64,000 nucleotides of DNA from Candidatus Omnitrophota bacterium (GTDB lineage Bacteria; Omnitrophota; Gorgyraeia; Gygaellales; Profunditerraquicolaceae), in assembly GCA_028712255.1 (NCBI GenBank), contig JAQTQJ010000006.1, positions 44,813 to 108,812 on the forward strand, in the 5' to 3' direction. Shown piece by piece: positions 1-10,354 of the stretch. Under the pieces are notes generated by a model. The model searched no databases, had not been told where the DNA came from, and was given only the letters and a program-made list of their open reading frames with translations. Each line of letters opens with the position of its first letter. Position 1 is the first letter of the stretch. A program made the position numbers and the translations under genes.

Positions 1-46
1 AGGTGCTCGGGTTTGTAAACTGCAGCTTTAAAAAGGATATTGTAAA

Positions 47-955
47 ATGCATGATTTAATTATTATTGGCGCAGGGCCTGCGGGTTTAACCGCGGCTCTT
101 TATGCTGGCCGTAGCAGGCTGGATACATTGTTGATTGAGAAAATGGCTGTCGGCGGCAGGATACTTATGAGTGAGTCAATAGAAAACTATCCGGGTTTTC
201 TTGGTGGAGTTTCTACGCATGAGTTGATGGGGAAGATGGAGGCGCAAGTTAGGGATTTAGGAGTCAAAATTATAAATGATGAAGTTTTGGATCTAGATTG
301 TTCTAAAAAAATAGTTAAGACTACCAGCACGGCCTATGAAGCCAGCGTAATTGTTATCGCCAGCGGTGCAGCTCCTAGAAAATTAAATGTTGAAGGTGAA
401 GGAAAATATACCGGACGTGGTGTTTCGTATTGCGCTACTTGTGACGCGCCTTTTTTTAAGGGAAAAAAGGTGGTAATTATTGGGGGAGGAAATGCCGTTG
501 CCGAAGAGGCAATATATCTGAGCCGTTTTGCCAACTCAGTGAGCGTGGTTCACCGCCGTCAGGATCTACGCGCTACAGAAATCTTGCAGGAAAAGATGCG
601 GCAGAATAGTAAAATAAATTTTATTTTAAGCAGCGTGGTTACGCAAATTAAGGGAACGCAGAAGGTGGAGGCAGTTACAATTAAAGATATTTTAACCGGA
701 AAAGAGAGTGATTTTAATTGTGACGGAGTTTTTATTTACATCGGATATGTTCCGGAAACAGTATTTCTGAAATGTAAATTAGAAATGGATGAAACAGGCC
801 TAATTCTTACGGATGAAAATATGGCTACTTCGGTTGAAGGGGTGTTTGCCTGCGGAGATTGCCGTAAAAAAGGGTTATATCAGGTAATTAATGCCTGCGG
901 AGATGGCGCAGTGGCAGCTGATTCTGCTTATAAATTCATTGCAAATAAGAGGTAA
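47..955 (+). CDS. trxB: thioredoxin-disulfide reductase
   Basis: N-terminal GAGPAG FAD-binding motif and the CATCD redox motif, about 300 aa. Confidence 0.9.
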   Translation: MHDLIIIGAGPAGLTAALYAGRSRLDTLLIEKMAVGGRILMSESIENYPGFLGGVSTHELMGKMEAQVRDLGVKIINDEVLDLDCSKKIVKTTSTAYEASVIVIASGAAPRKLNVEGEGKYTGRGVSYCATCDAPFFKGKKVVIIGGGNAVAEEAIYLSRFANSVSVVHRRQDLRATEILQEKMRQNSKINFILSSVVTQIKGTQKVEAVTIKDILTGKESDFNCDGVFIYIGYVPETVFLKCKLEMDETGLILTDENMATSVEGVFACGDCRKKGLYQVINACGDGAVAADSAYKFIANKR

Positions 956-960
956 ACGCA

Positions 961-2756
961 TGGGGCAGTATCCTACGACAAATAAGAAATTAGTTGATTG
1001 GGTAGATAAAATGGTTAAGCTTTGCGGGCCGGACAGGATAATTTGGATTAATGGTTCTGATGAGCAAAAGCTGGCACTTGAGAAAGAATCTGTGAGTTCT
1101 GGTGAATTAATCCGCTTGAATCAAGAAAAGTTGCCGGGGTGTTTCCTACATCGCAGCGCCCAGGATGATGTTGCCCGGACCGAGCATCTAACTTTTATTT
1201 GCACCAAGAAAAAACACGATGCTGGCCCAAATAATAATTGGATGTCTCCGGCTGCTGCCTACAGAAAGGCCAAGGCAATTTTTAAAGGAGCAATGGCTGG
1301 CAGGACGATGTATGTTATTCCCTTTTCGATGGGTCCGGTGGGTTCTTCTTTTAGTAAAATCGGAGTAGAATTAACTGATTCACAATATGTAGTTTTGAAT
1401 ATGTTAATTATGACCCGCTGCGGAGATGCGGTGTTAAGGCAGCTGGAAAAAGACGATGGTTTTACCAAATGCCTTCATTCAAAAGCCGAATTAGATATAA
1501 AAAAGAGATTGATCCTGCATTTTCCAGAAGATAATACCATTTGGAGTGTAGGTAGCGGTTATGGGGGAAATGTTCTTTTAGGAAAAAAATGTTTGTCTTT
1601 GCGAATTGCCAGTTTTATTGCTAAAAAAGAAAAGTGGATGGCAGAACATATGTTGATTATGGGTATAGAAGAGCCTAATGGGCATGTTGAATATATTGCC
1701 GCGGCATTTCCCAGTGCCTGTGGTAAAACTAATCTGGCGATGATGATTCCGCCTGAAGGCCTTAAGAGTAAAGGTTATCGTATTTGGACTGTGGGGGATG
1801 ATATTGCCTGGATGCGTGTTGATTCCGACGGTTCGCTTTGGGCGATTAATCCTGAAACAGGATTCTTTGGTGTTGCTCCTGGAACAAATTCTAAATCAAA
1901 CCCGAATATGGTTGAGACAATAAAAAAGAATACTATCTATACTAACGTGCTTTTAAAACCGGATAATACCGTTTGGTGGGAAGGTGCTGATGAAGAAATA
2001 CCCACTCAAGGTATTGATTGGAAAGGCAAGCCTTGGAAGCCTAATACTTTGGATGCGGAAGGAAAATCCGTTAAAGGAGCCCATCCGAATGCTCGTTTTA
2101 CGACTCCGATTACAAATTGTCCTTCGGCTTCATTTAGGCTGGAACAACATCATGGGGTGCCGATCTCAGCGATTATTTTTGGTGGCAGGAGGGCACATGT
2201 TGCTCCGCTTGTTTATGAATCATTTAATTGGCAGCATGGTGTATTTGTAGGTGCTACTATGGGGTCAGAATTAACTGCTGCCCAGGTGGGGAAGATTGGG
2301 GCAGTGCGCCGCGATCCTATGGCTATGCTTCCGTTTTGTGGTTATAACATGGCCGAGTATTTTAAACATTGGTTGAACATGGGAAAACTTATGGTCAAAT
2401 CCCCAAAAATCTTTCATGTTAACTGGTTCCGTACGGATGAACAAGGTAAATTTTTATGGCCTGGTTTCTGTGAGAACTTAAGGATTTTAGAGTGGATATT
2501 GGATCGCTGCAATAATAAGGTAGACGCGATGGAAACGCCAATTGGCTATATCCCGTATCCTTTTAATATTGATATGACCGGTCTTGATCTTTCTGAAGAT
2601 GTATCCGAGCAACTCTTTAAGATTAATAAAGAGGAGTGGTCGGAGGAGCTAAAGGGAATAAATAAATTCTTCTGTAACTTTAAGAAGGACCTGCCTAAAG
2701 AGCTCTGGGAGGAGTATCATGCTTTAGAGAAGAGATTTAAGAATAATGCCAAATAA
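961..2756 (+). CDS. pckG: phosphoenolpyruvate carboxykinase (GTP)
   Basis: About 600 aa with N-terminal [15 protein letters not shown] and a GTP-PEPCK-type kinase region. The ORF-track start at 891 overlaps trxB, so the internal ATG at 961 is more likely. Confidence 0.85.
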
Positions 2757-3630
2757 GCTCCTTTTAAAAACAGATTTTAAAGATTTAAAGCTTTGGCGGC
2801 GCGGTAAGGTTCGGGATGTTTATGATTTAAGTGATAAGCTTTTAATAGTCTCAACAGACCGTATATCTTGCTTTGATGTAGTTTTACCCACCGGTATTCC
2901 AGATAAAGGTAGGATCTTAACGGATATTTCAATATTTTGGTTTGATCTTATTAAAGATATTATTCCGAATCATCTGATTTGTACCGATGTGGATAAATAT
3001 CCCGTTGAATTAAAAAAATATAAAGAAGATTTAGTGGGCCGTTCAATGTTAGTTTTGAAAACTAAGCCTTTTCCAATTGAATGTGTTGTGAGAGGGTATT
3101 TATCTGGTTCAGGTTGGAAAGAGTATAAAGAGAAGCAATCGGTTTGCGGAATCGGACTTCCTAAGGGGTTAAGGGAATCAGATAAATTACCCCAGGTTTT
3201 ATTTACTCCCACTACTAAAGCAGATGTTGGCCATGATCAAAATGTTGACCAAAAATATGTTGAGGATTCGGTAGGCGTAGAAACCGCTCAGTGCCTGAAG
3301 AAAACAAGCATAGATGTTTATAATCGTGCCAGTAGTTTCGCTTTGGAGAAGGGGATTATTATTGCCGATACAAAATTTGAATTTGGTATGCATGATAATC
3401 AGATGATTATCATTGATGAGGTGCTTACTCCGGATTCATCGCGTTTTTGGCCGCTTGATCAGTATAAACCCGCAGGGCCTTGCCCAAGTTTTGATAAACA
3501 ATTTGTCCGGGATTATTTGGAAACTTTAGCCTGGGATAAAACGCCGCCTGCCCCTGAATTGCCTGAAGAAATAATCAATAAAACAAGAGAAAAATACTTG
3601 GAAGCTTACCGAAAATTGACCTTAAAATAA
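2746..3630 (+). CDS. purC: phosphoribosylaminoimidazole-succinocarboxamide synthase (SAICAR synthetase, long form)
   Basis: 294 aa with a SAICAR-synthetase-like N-terminus ([15 protein letters not shown]) and ATP-grasp-like core. Confidence 0.8.
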   Translation: MPNKLLLKTDFKDLKLWRRGKVRDVYDLSDKLLIVSTDRISCFDVVLPTGIPDKGRILTDISIFWFDLIKDIIPNHLICTDVDKYPVELKKYKEDLVGRSMLVLKTKPFPIECVVRGYLSGSGWKEYKEKQSVCGIGLPKGLRESDKLPQVLFTPTTKADVGHDQNVDQKYVEDSVGVETAQCLKKTSIDVYNRASSFALEKGIIIADTKFEFGMHDNQMIIIDEVLTPDSSRFWPLDQYKPAGPCPSFDKQFVRDYLETLAWDKTPPAPELPEEIINKTREKYLEAYRKLTLK

Positions 3631-3644
3631 ATTTAAGAATAAAA

Positions 3645-4631
3645 ATGAAGAGATTCAAAGGAGTATTAGCTGTTTTATTAAGAATCGGAATAAGTGTTAT
3701 ACTTCTGGTTCTTTTGTTTAAGTTTAACAAGATTGATGTCCACACGCTGATCTTGGATATAAAAGGAGCAAATAAATTTTTTTTATCAGTAGGTTTTGTA
3801 GCCTTCTTTTTCATTTATCTCCTTGGTTTCTTACGTTGGCAAATGTTACTTAAAGCAGCCGGTATTAATATCCCTCTGGGTCGCTTGATTAGTTCTTTTT
3901 CGGGAGGTATTTTTTTTAGTGTTTTTTTACCTTCGACAATCGGAGGTGATTTTGTCAGAACTGTTGATCTTGCCGGACACACAAAGAAGGCAAAAGAGGT
4001 TATTGCTACTGTTTTTTTGGATAGGCTAAGTGGCTATATTGGCCTTGTGTTTGTAGTTTTACCTGCACTTTTTTTAGGTAGGAAATTGATATTGGATAAA
4101 GTTGTTTTCAGCTCTGTTTTTTTCATTATAGCATTATTAGTTATTATTTTGTTGGTCTTATTTAATAATTACATTTATTCCAAGATTACCAAGTTTTTAA
4201 CTACACCTAAGTCAAGCAAGATAAGGGAAGTTATAAAAGATGTGCATCAAGAGATTCACGTTTTTGGCAATCATAAGAAGATAATTATTCTTAATCTGGC
4301 TACCTCTTTTCTCATACAAGTTCTTTCACCTCTGTGTGTTTATTATATTGGGCTCTCTTTGGGGATAAAAATAAGCTTTATTTATTTCCTTATTTTTTTA
4401 CCGATAATCGGGGCAATTACTTTACTTCCTATTGCTGTCGGAGGTTTAGGTTTAAGAGAAGGTTTGTTTGTGGTATATTTTGCTAAAGCGGCAGTTGTAA
4501 AACAATTAGCTTTGGCTATGTCACTTTTATCTTTTTCCTTTATCGTTTTTTATGGAGCTATCGGAGGACTCATCTATGTCCTTACAGTACATCATCGACG
4601 CATACAACCTGATAAATCATCCCCGGTTTAG
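3645..4631 (+). CDS. UPF0104 / lysylphosphatidylglycerol-synthase-TM-region-like integral membrane protein
   Basis: 328 aa with multiple TM helices and an N-terminal KxxR motif typical of the flippase-like domain family. Confidence 0.55.
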   Translation: MKRFKGVLAVLLRIGISVILLVLLFKFNKIDVHTLILDIKGANKFFLSVGFVAFFFIYLLGFLRWQMLLKAAGINIPLGRLISSFSGGIFFSVFLPSTIGGDFVRTVDLAGHTKKAKEVIATVFLDRLSGYIGLVFVVLPALFLGRKLILDKVVFSSVFFIIALLVIILLVLFNNYIYSKITKFLTTPKSSKIREVIKDVHQEIHVFGNHKKIIILNLATSFLIQVLSPLCVYYIGLSLGIKISFIYFLIFLPIIGAITLLPIAVGGLGLREGLFVVYFAKAAVVKQLALAMSLLSFSFIVFYGAIGGLIYVLTVHHRRIQPDKSSPV

Positions 4632-5061
4632 GCCACAAAAACAATCAATTAACATCCAGTATTCACTGGCAGATTTTATCAGATTCAACAAATTATCTGG
4701 AAGTAAAAATAACGAAGTTATTCTTGTTTTTGACGGGTATCCTCCGGCAGGACGAGAGATCCCTGAAGAAGCTAATTTAACTTGTGTGTTTTCGCAAAAA
4801 AAAGAAGCTGATGAGCTGATAAAAAAAATAGTTGAAAATTCTTCTCAACCGAGGAATATTATTGTGGTTACTGACGATAAAGAAGTTCAGATAATGAGTA
4901 AGTTTTTGCATGCTAGGGTATCTAGTGTGGAGGAATTTATTTGCGGTAAGGAGAATAAAAAGATAATTTGCGCTAAAATTTCAGATGCAGGTGATTTGAA
5001 GTTGACTTATTCTGCGATGCAGAAGATAAATGCGGAACTCAAAAAGAAATGGTTAGGATAG
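4576..5061 (+). CDS. NYN-domain (YacP-like) predicted RNase
   Basis: About 160 aa. Residue order and the acidic patches VFDGY and VVTDD match YacP/NYN. The start is chosen at the internal Met (MSLQYII) to limit overlap with the upstream ORF. Confidence 0.5.
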   Translation: MSLQYIIDAYNLINHPRFRPQKQSINIQYSLADFIRFNKLSGSKNNEVILVFDGYPPAGREIPEEANLTCVFSQKKEADELIKKIVENSSQPRNIIVVTDDKEVQIMSKFLHARVSSVEEFICGKENKKIICAKISDAGDLKLTYSAMQKINAELKKKWLG

Positions 5062-5165
5062 ACAGATTGGAGTGCTCTATAAGTTGAAGCTGTATTAAAT
5101 TCTTGACATAACTGTCTAGTTATGTTAACGTTATATAAATAGTAGCACTAAAAAAGGAGGGTAAT

Positions 5166-5843
5166 ATGAGTAGTTGGCAAGTGGTTCTATTAGAACCTGC
5201 GCGAACAGTATTGTCTCAAATCAGCCAATTTATGGTTAATGCGTTACTGGTGATCATTATCCTGGTTATTGGTTGGTTACTTTCCAAGGTTATTAGGTCT
5301 ATTGTCGGTAAAGCTCTTAAGCTAATCAAGATCGATGATATCTCTGAACGCATAGAACTTGATAAACTGCTTGGAAAAGGGGGAATAACCTATTCTTTAT
5401 CCGATCTGATCGCCGGGATTTGTTATTGGCTTGGCCTTTTGATAACCTTTATGGTTGCGATTAATGCTGTGGGAGTAACTATTGCTGCTGATTTATTAAA
5501 ACAAGTTATCCTTTATATCCCCAATGTTATTGCAGCGTTGTTTATTTTGATCCTGGGGATGTTTGTATCGACTTTATTGAAGAATATCGTGCAGACCGCG
5601 GCTAACAATGCCGGTTTAAACCAGGGTAAGCTTCTGGCCCAGATTGTTGAAACCATAGTGATTGTTTTTGCGGTCCTTATTGCATTAGAACAACTAAAGA
5701 TTGGTATTACTATAACCGAATTAACTATTTCCATAATCCTAGGTTCTTTGGGTTTGGGTTTAGCTTTGGCTTTTGGTTTAGGGTGCAAGGATATTGCCGG
5801 AAAGTATGTGGCAGAGATGGTGGAAAAACTAAAGAAAAAATAA
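5166..5843 (+). CDS. membrane protein with repeated conserved-TM-helix units (mechanosensitive-channel-associated type)
   Basis: 225 aa of hydrophobic repeats. A GGAGG RBS lies 7 nt upstream and a promoter-like TTGACA is near 5103. Confidence 0.5.
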   Translation: MSSWQVVLLEPARTVLSQISQFMVNALLVIIILVIGWLLSKVIRSIVGKALKLIKIDDISERIELDKLLGKGGITYSLSDLIAGICYWLGLLITFMVAINAVGVTIAADLLKQVILYIPNVIAALFILILGMFVSTLLKNIVQTAANNAGLNQGKLLAQIVETIVIVFAVLIALEQLKIGITITELTISIILGSLGLGLALAFGLGCKDIAGKYVAEMVEKLKKK

Positions 5844-5868
5844 TGTTCTTGGTCTTAGTTTAATAAAT

Positions 5869-5904
5869 AAACCCCGTGCCTTTTGGTGCGGGGTTTATTT
5901 TTAT
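5869..5904 (+). terminator. rho-independent terminator (AAACCCCGTGCC-TTTT-GGTGCGGGGTTT followed by a T-run)
   Basis: A GC-rich hairpin plus ATTTTTAT directly after the stop of the upstream gene. Confidence 0.7.
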
Positions 5905-5914
5905 ACTTAAAGCT

Positions 5915-6202
5915 ATGGTAAGAAATGGTAATTTTAAGCGTAGCGGAAAGTTTTGGGTTTATATACTCGAGTGTAGTGATGGCACTTATTATACAGGTTA
6001 TAGTTCTGATATCGGCAAGCGCATTGAGCTGCATAATAAAGGTAGAGGTGCAAAATATATCAGAGGTAGAGGGCCGGTTAAGTTGGTGTGGAGTAGGAAG
6101 TATAGCTATTTTAGGAAAGCATTTTTAGAGGAAAAGCGGATTCAGTCATTGACAAGAGCACAGAAGGAAGAATTGGTAGGAATAAGGTGTATTAGATTAT
6201 GA
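5915..6202 (+). CDS. GIY-YIG nuclease family protein (UPF0213/YhbQ-like)
   Basis: Matches the GIY-YIG family motif at FWVYILECSDGTYYTGYSSD...RIELHNKG. The start is moved to the ATG at 5915 because the ORF-track start lies inside the terminator hairpin. Confidence 0.75.
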   Translation: MVRNGNFKRSGKFWVYILECSDGTYYTGYSSDIGKRIELHNKGRGAKYIRGRGPVKLVWSRKYSYFRKAFLEEKRIQSLTRAQKEELVGIRCIRL

Positions 6203-7398
6203 ATAAGGAATTTAAACAAAAAAAAGTATTTATACGCACCTTCGGCTGTCAAATGAACACCAGAGATTCTGAAGTTATCTCAGGATTACTTCAGAAAGCT
6301 GGCTATGAAATTTGTATTGATGATAACGAGGCGCAGGTTGTTATTTTTAATACTTGTTCGGTGCGAAAACACGCAGAAGACAGAGTGTGGAGTTTAATCG
6401 GGGCGTTAAAAAATCTTAGGGACAGTCCCCGTTCGGGGACAGTCCCTATTATTGGTTTGGTTGGCTGTATGGCTCAGAATTATAAAGAGAAGGCTTTTGA
6501 GAGAGATGCGAATATAGATTTTGTGGTTGGGCCGCAGGATATTGGGAAAATTCCTGAGATACTTGAGAAGATATTAAAAACAAGGGGACAGTCCCCAAAA
6601 GACGGGGACAGTCCCCTTTTATTAGAACGCAAGATTTGGGAAACGGATAATAGTATTCGGCCGGATGAGATTTATCATACGGGATTCCATCAGGAGAAAA
6701 ACCACGGGTTCGTTGTTATTTCTGAAGGCTGCTCTAATTTTTGTTCATATTGCGTTGTGCCATATGTGCGCGGCCCGCTGCGCCATCGAACAAAAGAAAG
6801 CATATTAAAAGAAATACGTGAAGCTATAGCGCAGGGGATTACCCGGATAACCCTCTTAGGGCAAAATGTGAACGCTTATCAGGATAATAAAGTTAATTTT
6901 ACTAATTTGCTTGAGCAGATTAATGCGCTTGAAGGCTTGAAAGAATTAGATTTTTTTACCTCCCACCCAAAAGATGCTACAGCTGATTTATTTAAAGCAA
7001 TCCGGGATCTGGATAAATTAGCTAAAAGGCTGCACTTGCCATTGCAATCAGGCTCGGATAGGATCCTTAAATTGATGAATCGGGGTTATTCTGCAAAAGA
7101 ATACTTGGTTTTAATCGATTCTTATCGTAGAATTGTTAAAGGCGGTTTGTTGACTACAGATATTATTGTTGGATTCCCAACTGAGACAGATAAAGAGTTT
7201 AAAGAAACTTCTGATTTAGTCAGAAAAATTAGATTTAACTCTGCCTATATTTTTAAATATTCGCCTCGGCCAAAAACCGAAGCGGCAAAGATTACTGAAG
7301 ATTTAAGCCTTGATAAAAAAGAAAAACGGCATAGAGAGTTGTTGGACTTACAAAGGAGTATCTCCAATAAATTAGGTAAGAAGCGTAAAACATGCTAA
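6199..7398 (+). CDS. miaB: MiaB-like tRNA methylthiotransferase (MTTase N-domain plus radical SAM; no TRAM domain in this ORF)
   Basis: Begins FIRTFGCQMN, has the radical-SAM CSNFCSYC box, and sits upstream of miaA. It is only 399 aa and ends before a TRAM domain would begin. Confidence 0.75.
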   Translation: MNKEFKQKKVFIRTFGCQMNTRDSEVISGLLQKAGYEICIDDNEAQVVIFNTCSVRKHAEDRVWSLIGALKNLRDSPRSGTVPIIGLVGCMAQNYKEKAFERDANIDFVVGPQDIGKIPEILEKILKTRGQSPKDGDSPLLLERKIWETDNSIRPDEIYHTGFHQEKNHGFVVISEGCSNFCSYCVVPYVRGPLRHRTKESILKEIREAIAQGITRITLLGQNVNAYQDNKVNFTNLLEQINALEGLKELDFFTSHPKDATADLFKAIRDLDKLAKRLHLPLQSGSDRILKLMNRGYSAKEYLVLIDSYRRIVKGGLLTTDIIVGFPTETDKEFKETSDLVRKIRFNSAYIFKYSPRPKTEAAKITEDLSLDKKEKRHRELLDLQRSISNKLGKKRKTC

Positions 7399-8160
7399 AA
7401 GATAAATTCTTTATAATTATTTTTCCTCTTTTTATAATTCCTGTTGTTTGCTGGGCAGCGAATATGGATAGTATTAAGGTCGATTTCTTAGAAGGTAATT
7501 ATCTCAGGGTTATTTTTGAAGCGCAGGCTCAAGTAGACCATCTTAATATTGTGGGAGCTGATGAATTAAACTACATTTTAGGCTTAAGCTATCTTAAGGA
7601 GCTAAAATTAGAGCAAGCCCAGGATTGTTTTAAACGCATATCAGGTGGTTTATCAGGTAAGTTTAAACAGCAGGCTGAATTGGGATTAGCAGATACCTAT
7701 TTAATCGGAGGTAGATTCCAAGAAGCAGAGGTTATTTACAACAAACTGATTAGCGATGCGCCAGATAGCAGCCAAAAAGCGGCGATTCTGTACCGGTTGA
7801 GCCAGTTAGAGTTTAAAAAGGGCAATAACCAGCAGTCAAATGATTATTTATCGAAATTAAGAAGGGAGTTTCCCTTAAGCCCGGAGTTAAGATTAAATAG
7901 AGGTTTAGTTTTCAGGGATAAACCGGCAGCTTCTATAGCAGATACAGGTGAATACTCTGTGCAGGTGGGTTTTTTTTTCCAACAGCACTAATGCTGATAT
8001 TTTAAAAGATAAATTACTGGCTACAGATTTTCCAGCTTATATTGAAAACTCCGGCGGTGCTTACAGGGTTAAAGTAGGCAGGTTAAAGTCGCTTAAAGAG
8101 GCCCAGGATTTAGAAGACAGGCTCTCCAAAGAAGGTTATCAAACCAAGATCTACCCGTAG
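7392..8160 (+). pseudogene. exported TPR-repeat protein with C-terminal SPOR domain, split by a +1 frameshift in a T9 homopolymer (7970-7978)
   Basis: ORF 7392..7991 ends YSVQVGFFFQQH and ORF 7948..8160 continues the SPOR consensus (FPAYIENSGGAYRVKVGRL...). Removing one T joins them into YSVQVGFFSNSTNADILKDKL. Confidence 0.7.
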
Positions 8161-8165
8161 ATTTT

Positions 8166-9086
8166 ATGCTAAAGAAAAAAATAATTTTTCTCGTTGGCCC
8201 CACCGGTATAGGTAAATCCGCGGTAGCAATCAATTTGGCTAAAAAAATTAATGCCGAGATTATCTCTTGCGACTCCATGCAGGTATACCGTAAAATGGAT
8301 ATTATTACCTCTAAAGTAACACTAGCCCAGAGGAAAAAAGTCAGGCACCACTTGCTTGGGATAGTTGAGCCGAGCAAAGAGTATAATGTGGCTAGGTATC
8401 GTAAAGATGCGTTGTCGATTTGCGATAAGCTTATTTTAAAAGGTAAGGTTCCATTGTTTGTCGGAGGGACTGGGCTATATTATTCGATTATTATAGACGG
8501 ATTATTCCCGAAGGTTCCGGAAGATAAATTGATTCGCGCAAAATTAAATAGACAACTAGGCATTAAAGGAAGTAGCTATCTTCATGATAAGCTATCTAAG
8601 ATTGATCCGGATGCTTCTAAGAAAATTCATCCTAATGATGCAAGGAGGATTATTCGTGCACTGGAAGTATATTTAAAAACAGGTACACCAATTTCAGTTT
8701 TACAAAAAAGCAGGGTTGGTTTAGGCAGGGAGTATGAAATAGAAGTTTTTGGATTGAATTTAAAAAGACAATTGCTTTATGATAGAATTAATCGAAGAGT
8801 TGATAGAATGTTTCATCTGGGTTTAATAAATGAGGTAAAATCTCTCCTTAAGCATAAATTGAGCAAAACTGCTACAGGCGCTATCGGTATCAGTGAATTA
8901 AAAGATTATTTTAACGGTCTACATTCTTTAGAGGATTGTAAGTGCCTTATACAGTTAAATAGCCGCCATTATGCCAAGCGTCAACTTACATGGTTTAGGA
9001 AAGACAAACGTGTTGTGTGGATGAATATTAATAATAATGAAACACCTCAAAGGATCGCTTTAAAGTTATGGAAAAAGCTCTTCTAG
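8166..9086 (+). CDS. miaA: tRNA dimethylallyltransferase
   Basis: P-loop GPTGIGKS followed by CDSMQVYR, typical of MiaA. Confidence 0.9.
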   Translation: MLKKKIIFLVGPTGIGKSAVAINLAKKINAEIISCDSMQVYRKMDIITSKVTLAQRKKVRHHLLGIVEPSKEYNVARYRKDALSICDKLILKGKVPLFVGGTGLYYSIIIDGLFPKVPEDKLIRAKLNRQLGIKGSSYLHDKLSKIDPDASKKIHPNDARRIIRALEVYLKTGTPISVLQKSRVGLGREYEIEVFGLNLKRQLLYDRINRRVDRMFHLGLINEVKSLLKHKLSKTATGAIGISELKDYFNGLHSLEDCKCLIQLNSRHYAKRQLTWFRKDKRVVWMNINNNETPQRIALKLWKKLF

Positions 9087-10327
9087 TTAGCATTCAGATA
9101 AAAACAGATAAAGGCCACTGGCGTATTGAAGATACTTCTTCAGAATTGGAGGAGTTGGCTCGTTCAACTTCTGTTGAGGTAATTGAAAATATAATTTCTA
9201 TTTGCCAAAATGCCACGGCTAATTACCTTATTGGAAAAGGCAAAGTTGAAGAGATCAGCGCTATTGCTAATGAAGAAGGTGTTGATACGGTAATTTTTAG
9301 CCATGACCTAAGTGGTACCCAACAGCGTAATCTCGAAAGAGCTATCGGTAAAAAAACAATTGACCGTACGCAGTTGATTTTAGATATTTTTAGCCGGCGC
9401 GCAAAAAGCCCTGAAGGCAAGATGCAGGTAGAATTGGCTCAACTGCAGTACTTGCTTCCACGCCTTAGCGGTAAAGGGGTAATGCTTTCTGATTTAGGAG
9501 GCGGTATTGGAACTAGGGGGCCTGGTGAAACTAAACTTGAGATGGACCGCCGTCAAATAAGAAAAAAAATTGACAAATTAAAGGATGATTTAAAAAATTT
9601 CAGTTTTCATAGGCAGACAATACGTAAAAAAAGAAAGGCTAACAATTTACCTTTGGTTGCTTTGGTTGGTTATACTAGCGCAGGCAAATCCACCTTGCTT
9701 AATCTTCTTACTAACTCTACTCAAATTACCTCAGAGAAATTATTTACTACCTTGGATCCTCTTTCTAAGAGTTTACAGCTTCCAAATGGGCAAAATATCA
9801 TTGTTTCTGATACTGTCGGTTTTTTACATGATCTTCCCCATCATTTGATAGAAGCTTTTAAGGCAACTTTGGAAGAGGTCAATGAAGCTGATTTGTTAAT
9901 CCATGTTTTAGATACAGCTGATAGCCGGCTTTACCAACATAATCAGGCGGTACAAAGTGTTCTGAAGGAGTTGGGGGCAAGTAGTGTGCCAATAATTGTA
10001 GCATTAAATAAAGTCGATCTTATCGAGGACCGTAGCTGGTTAGAAGTTTCAAAACAGGATTTTGGAGAATCTGTTTTTATATCAGCCAAAACAGGAGAGA
10101 ACTTAGATTTGCTGGTTTTTAAGATAGAAGGATATTTTTCCAGCCTTATGATAACTTTAAAAATAATTATTCCACATCGCCGCATGGAATTAGTAGATTT
10201 TTTTTATCGAATGGCCAAAGTAAATAAGATCGATTATTTACAGGAAGGCATAAGAATAGAGCTAACGATTTCTCGGGAACTCTACAATAAAATCGGTGAA
10301 GATAAAGATATAAAAATTATCTATTAG
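9068..10327 (+). CDS. hflX: GTPase HflX
   Basis: HflX N-domain plus G-domain with GYTSAGKSTL, DTVGF and NKVD, in the conserved position after miaA. Confidence 0.9.
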   Translation: MEKALLVSIQIKTDKGHWRIEDTSSELEELARSTSVEVIENIISICQNATANYLIGKGKVEEISAIANEEGVDTVIFSHDLSGTQQRNLERAIGKKTIDRTQLILDIFSRRAKSPEGKMQVELAQLQYLLPRLSGKGVMLSDLGGGIGTRGPGETKLEMDRRQIRKKIDKLKDDLKNFSFHRQTIRKKRKANNLPLVALVGYTSAGKSTLLNLLTNSTQITSEKLFTTLDPLSKSLQLPNGQNIIVSDTVGFLHDLPHHLIEAFKATLEEVNEADLLIHVLDTADSRLYQHNQAVQSVLKELGASSVPIIVALNKVDLIEDRSWLEVSKQDFGESVFISAKTGENLDLLVFKIEGYFSSLMITLKIIIPHRRMELVDFFYRMAKVNKIDYLQEGIRIELTISRELYNKIGEDKDIKIIY

Positions 10328-10354
10328 ATTATCTAACAAAAATAATTATTTTAC

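Noticed and set aside
5925-6128. 67-aa ORF inside the GIY-YIG gene in another frame
   Set aside because: It is fully nested in a CDS with a clear family match. It is hydrophobic and low-complexity, and spurious.
6418-6617. Possible CRISPR-like array from the repeated GGGGACAGTCCCC units
   Set aside because: There are only two doublets, with 4- and 7-nt spacers. They lie inside a coding sequence and keep it in frame, and there are no cas genes. That does not fit CRISPR architecture.
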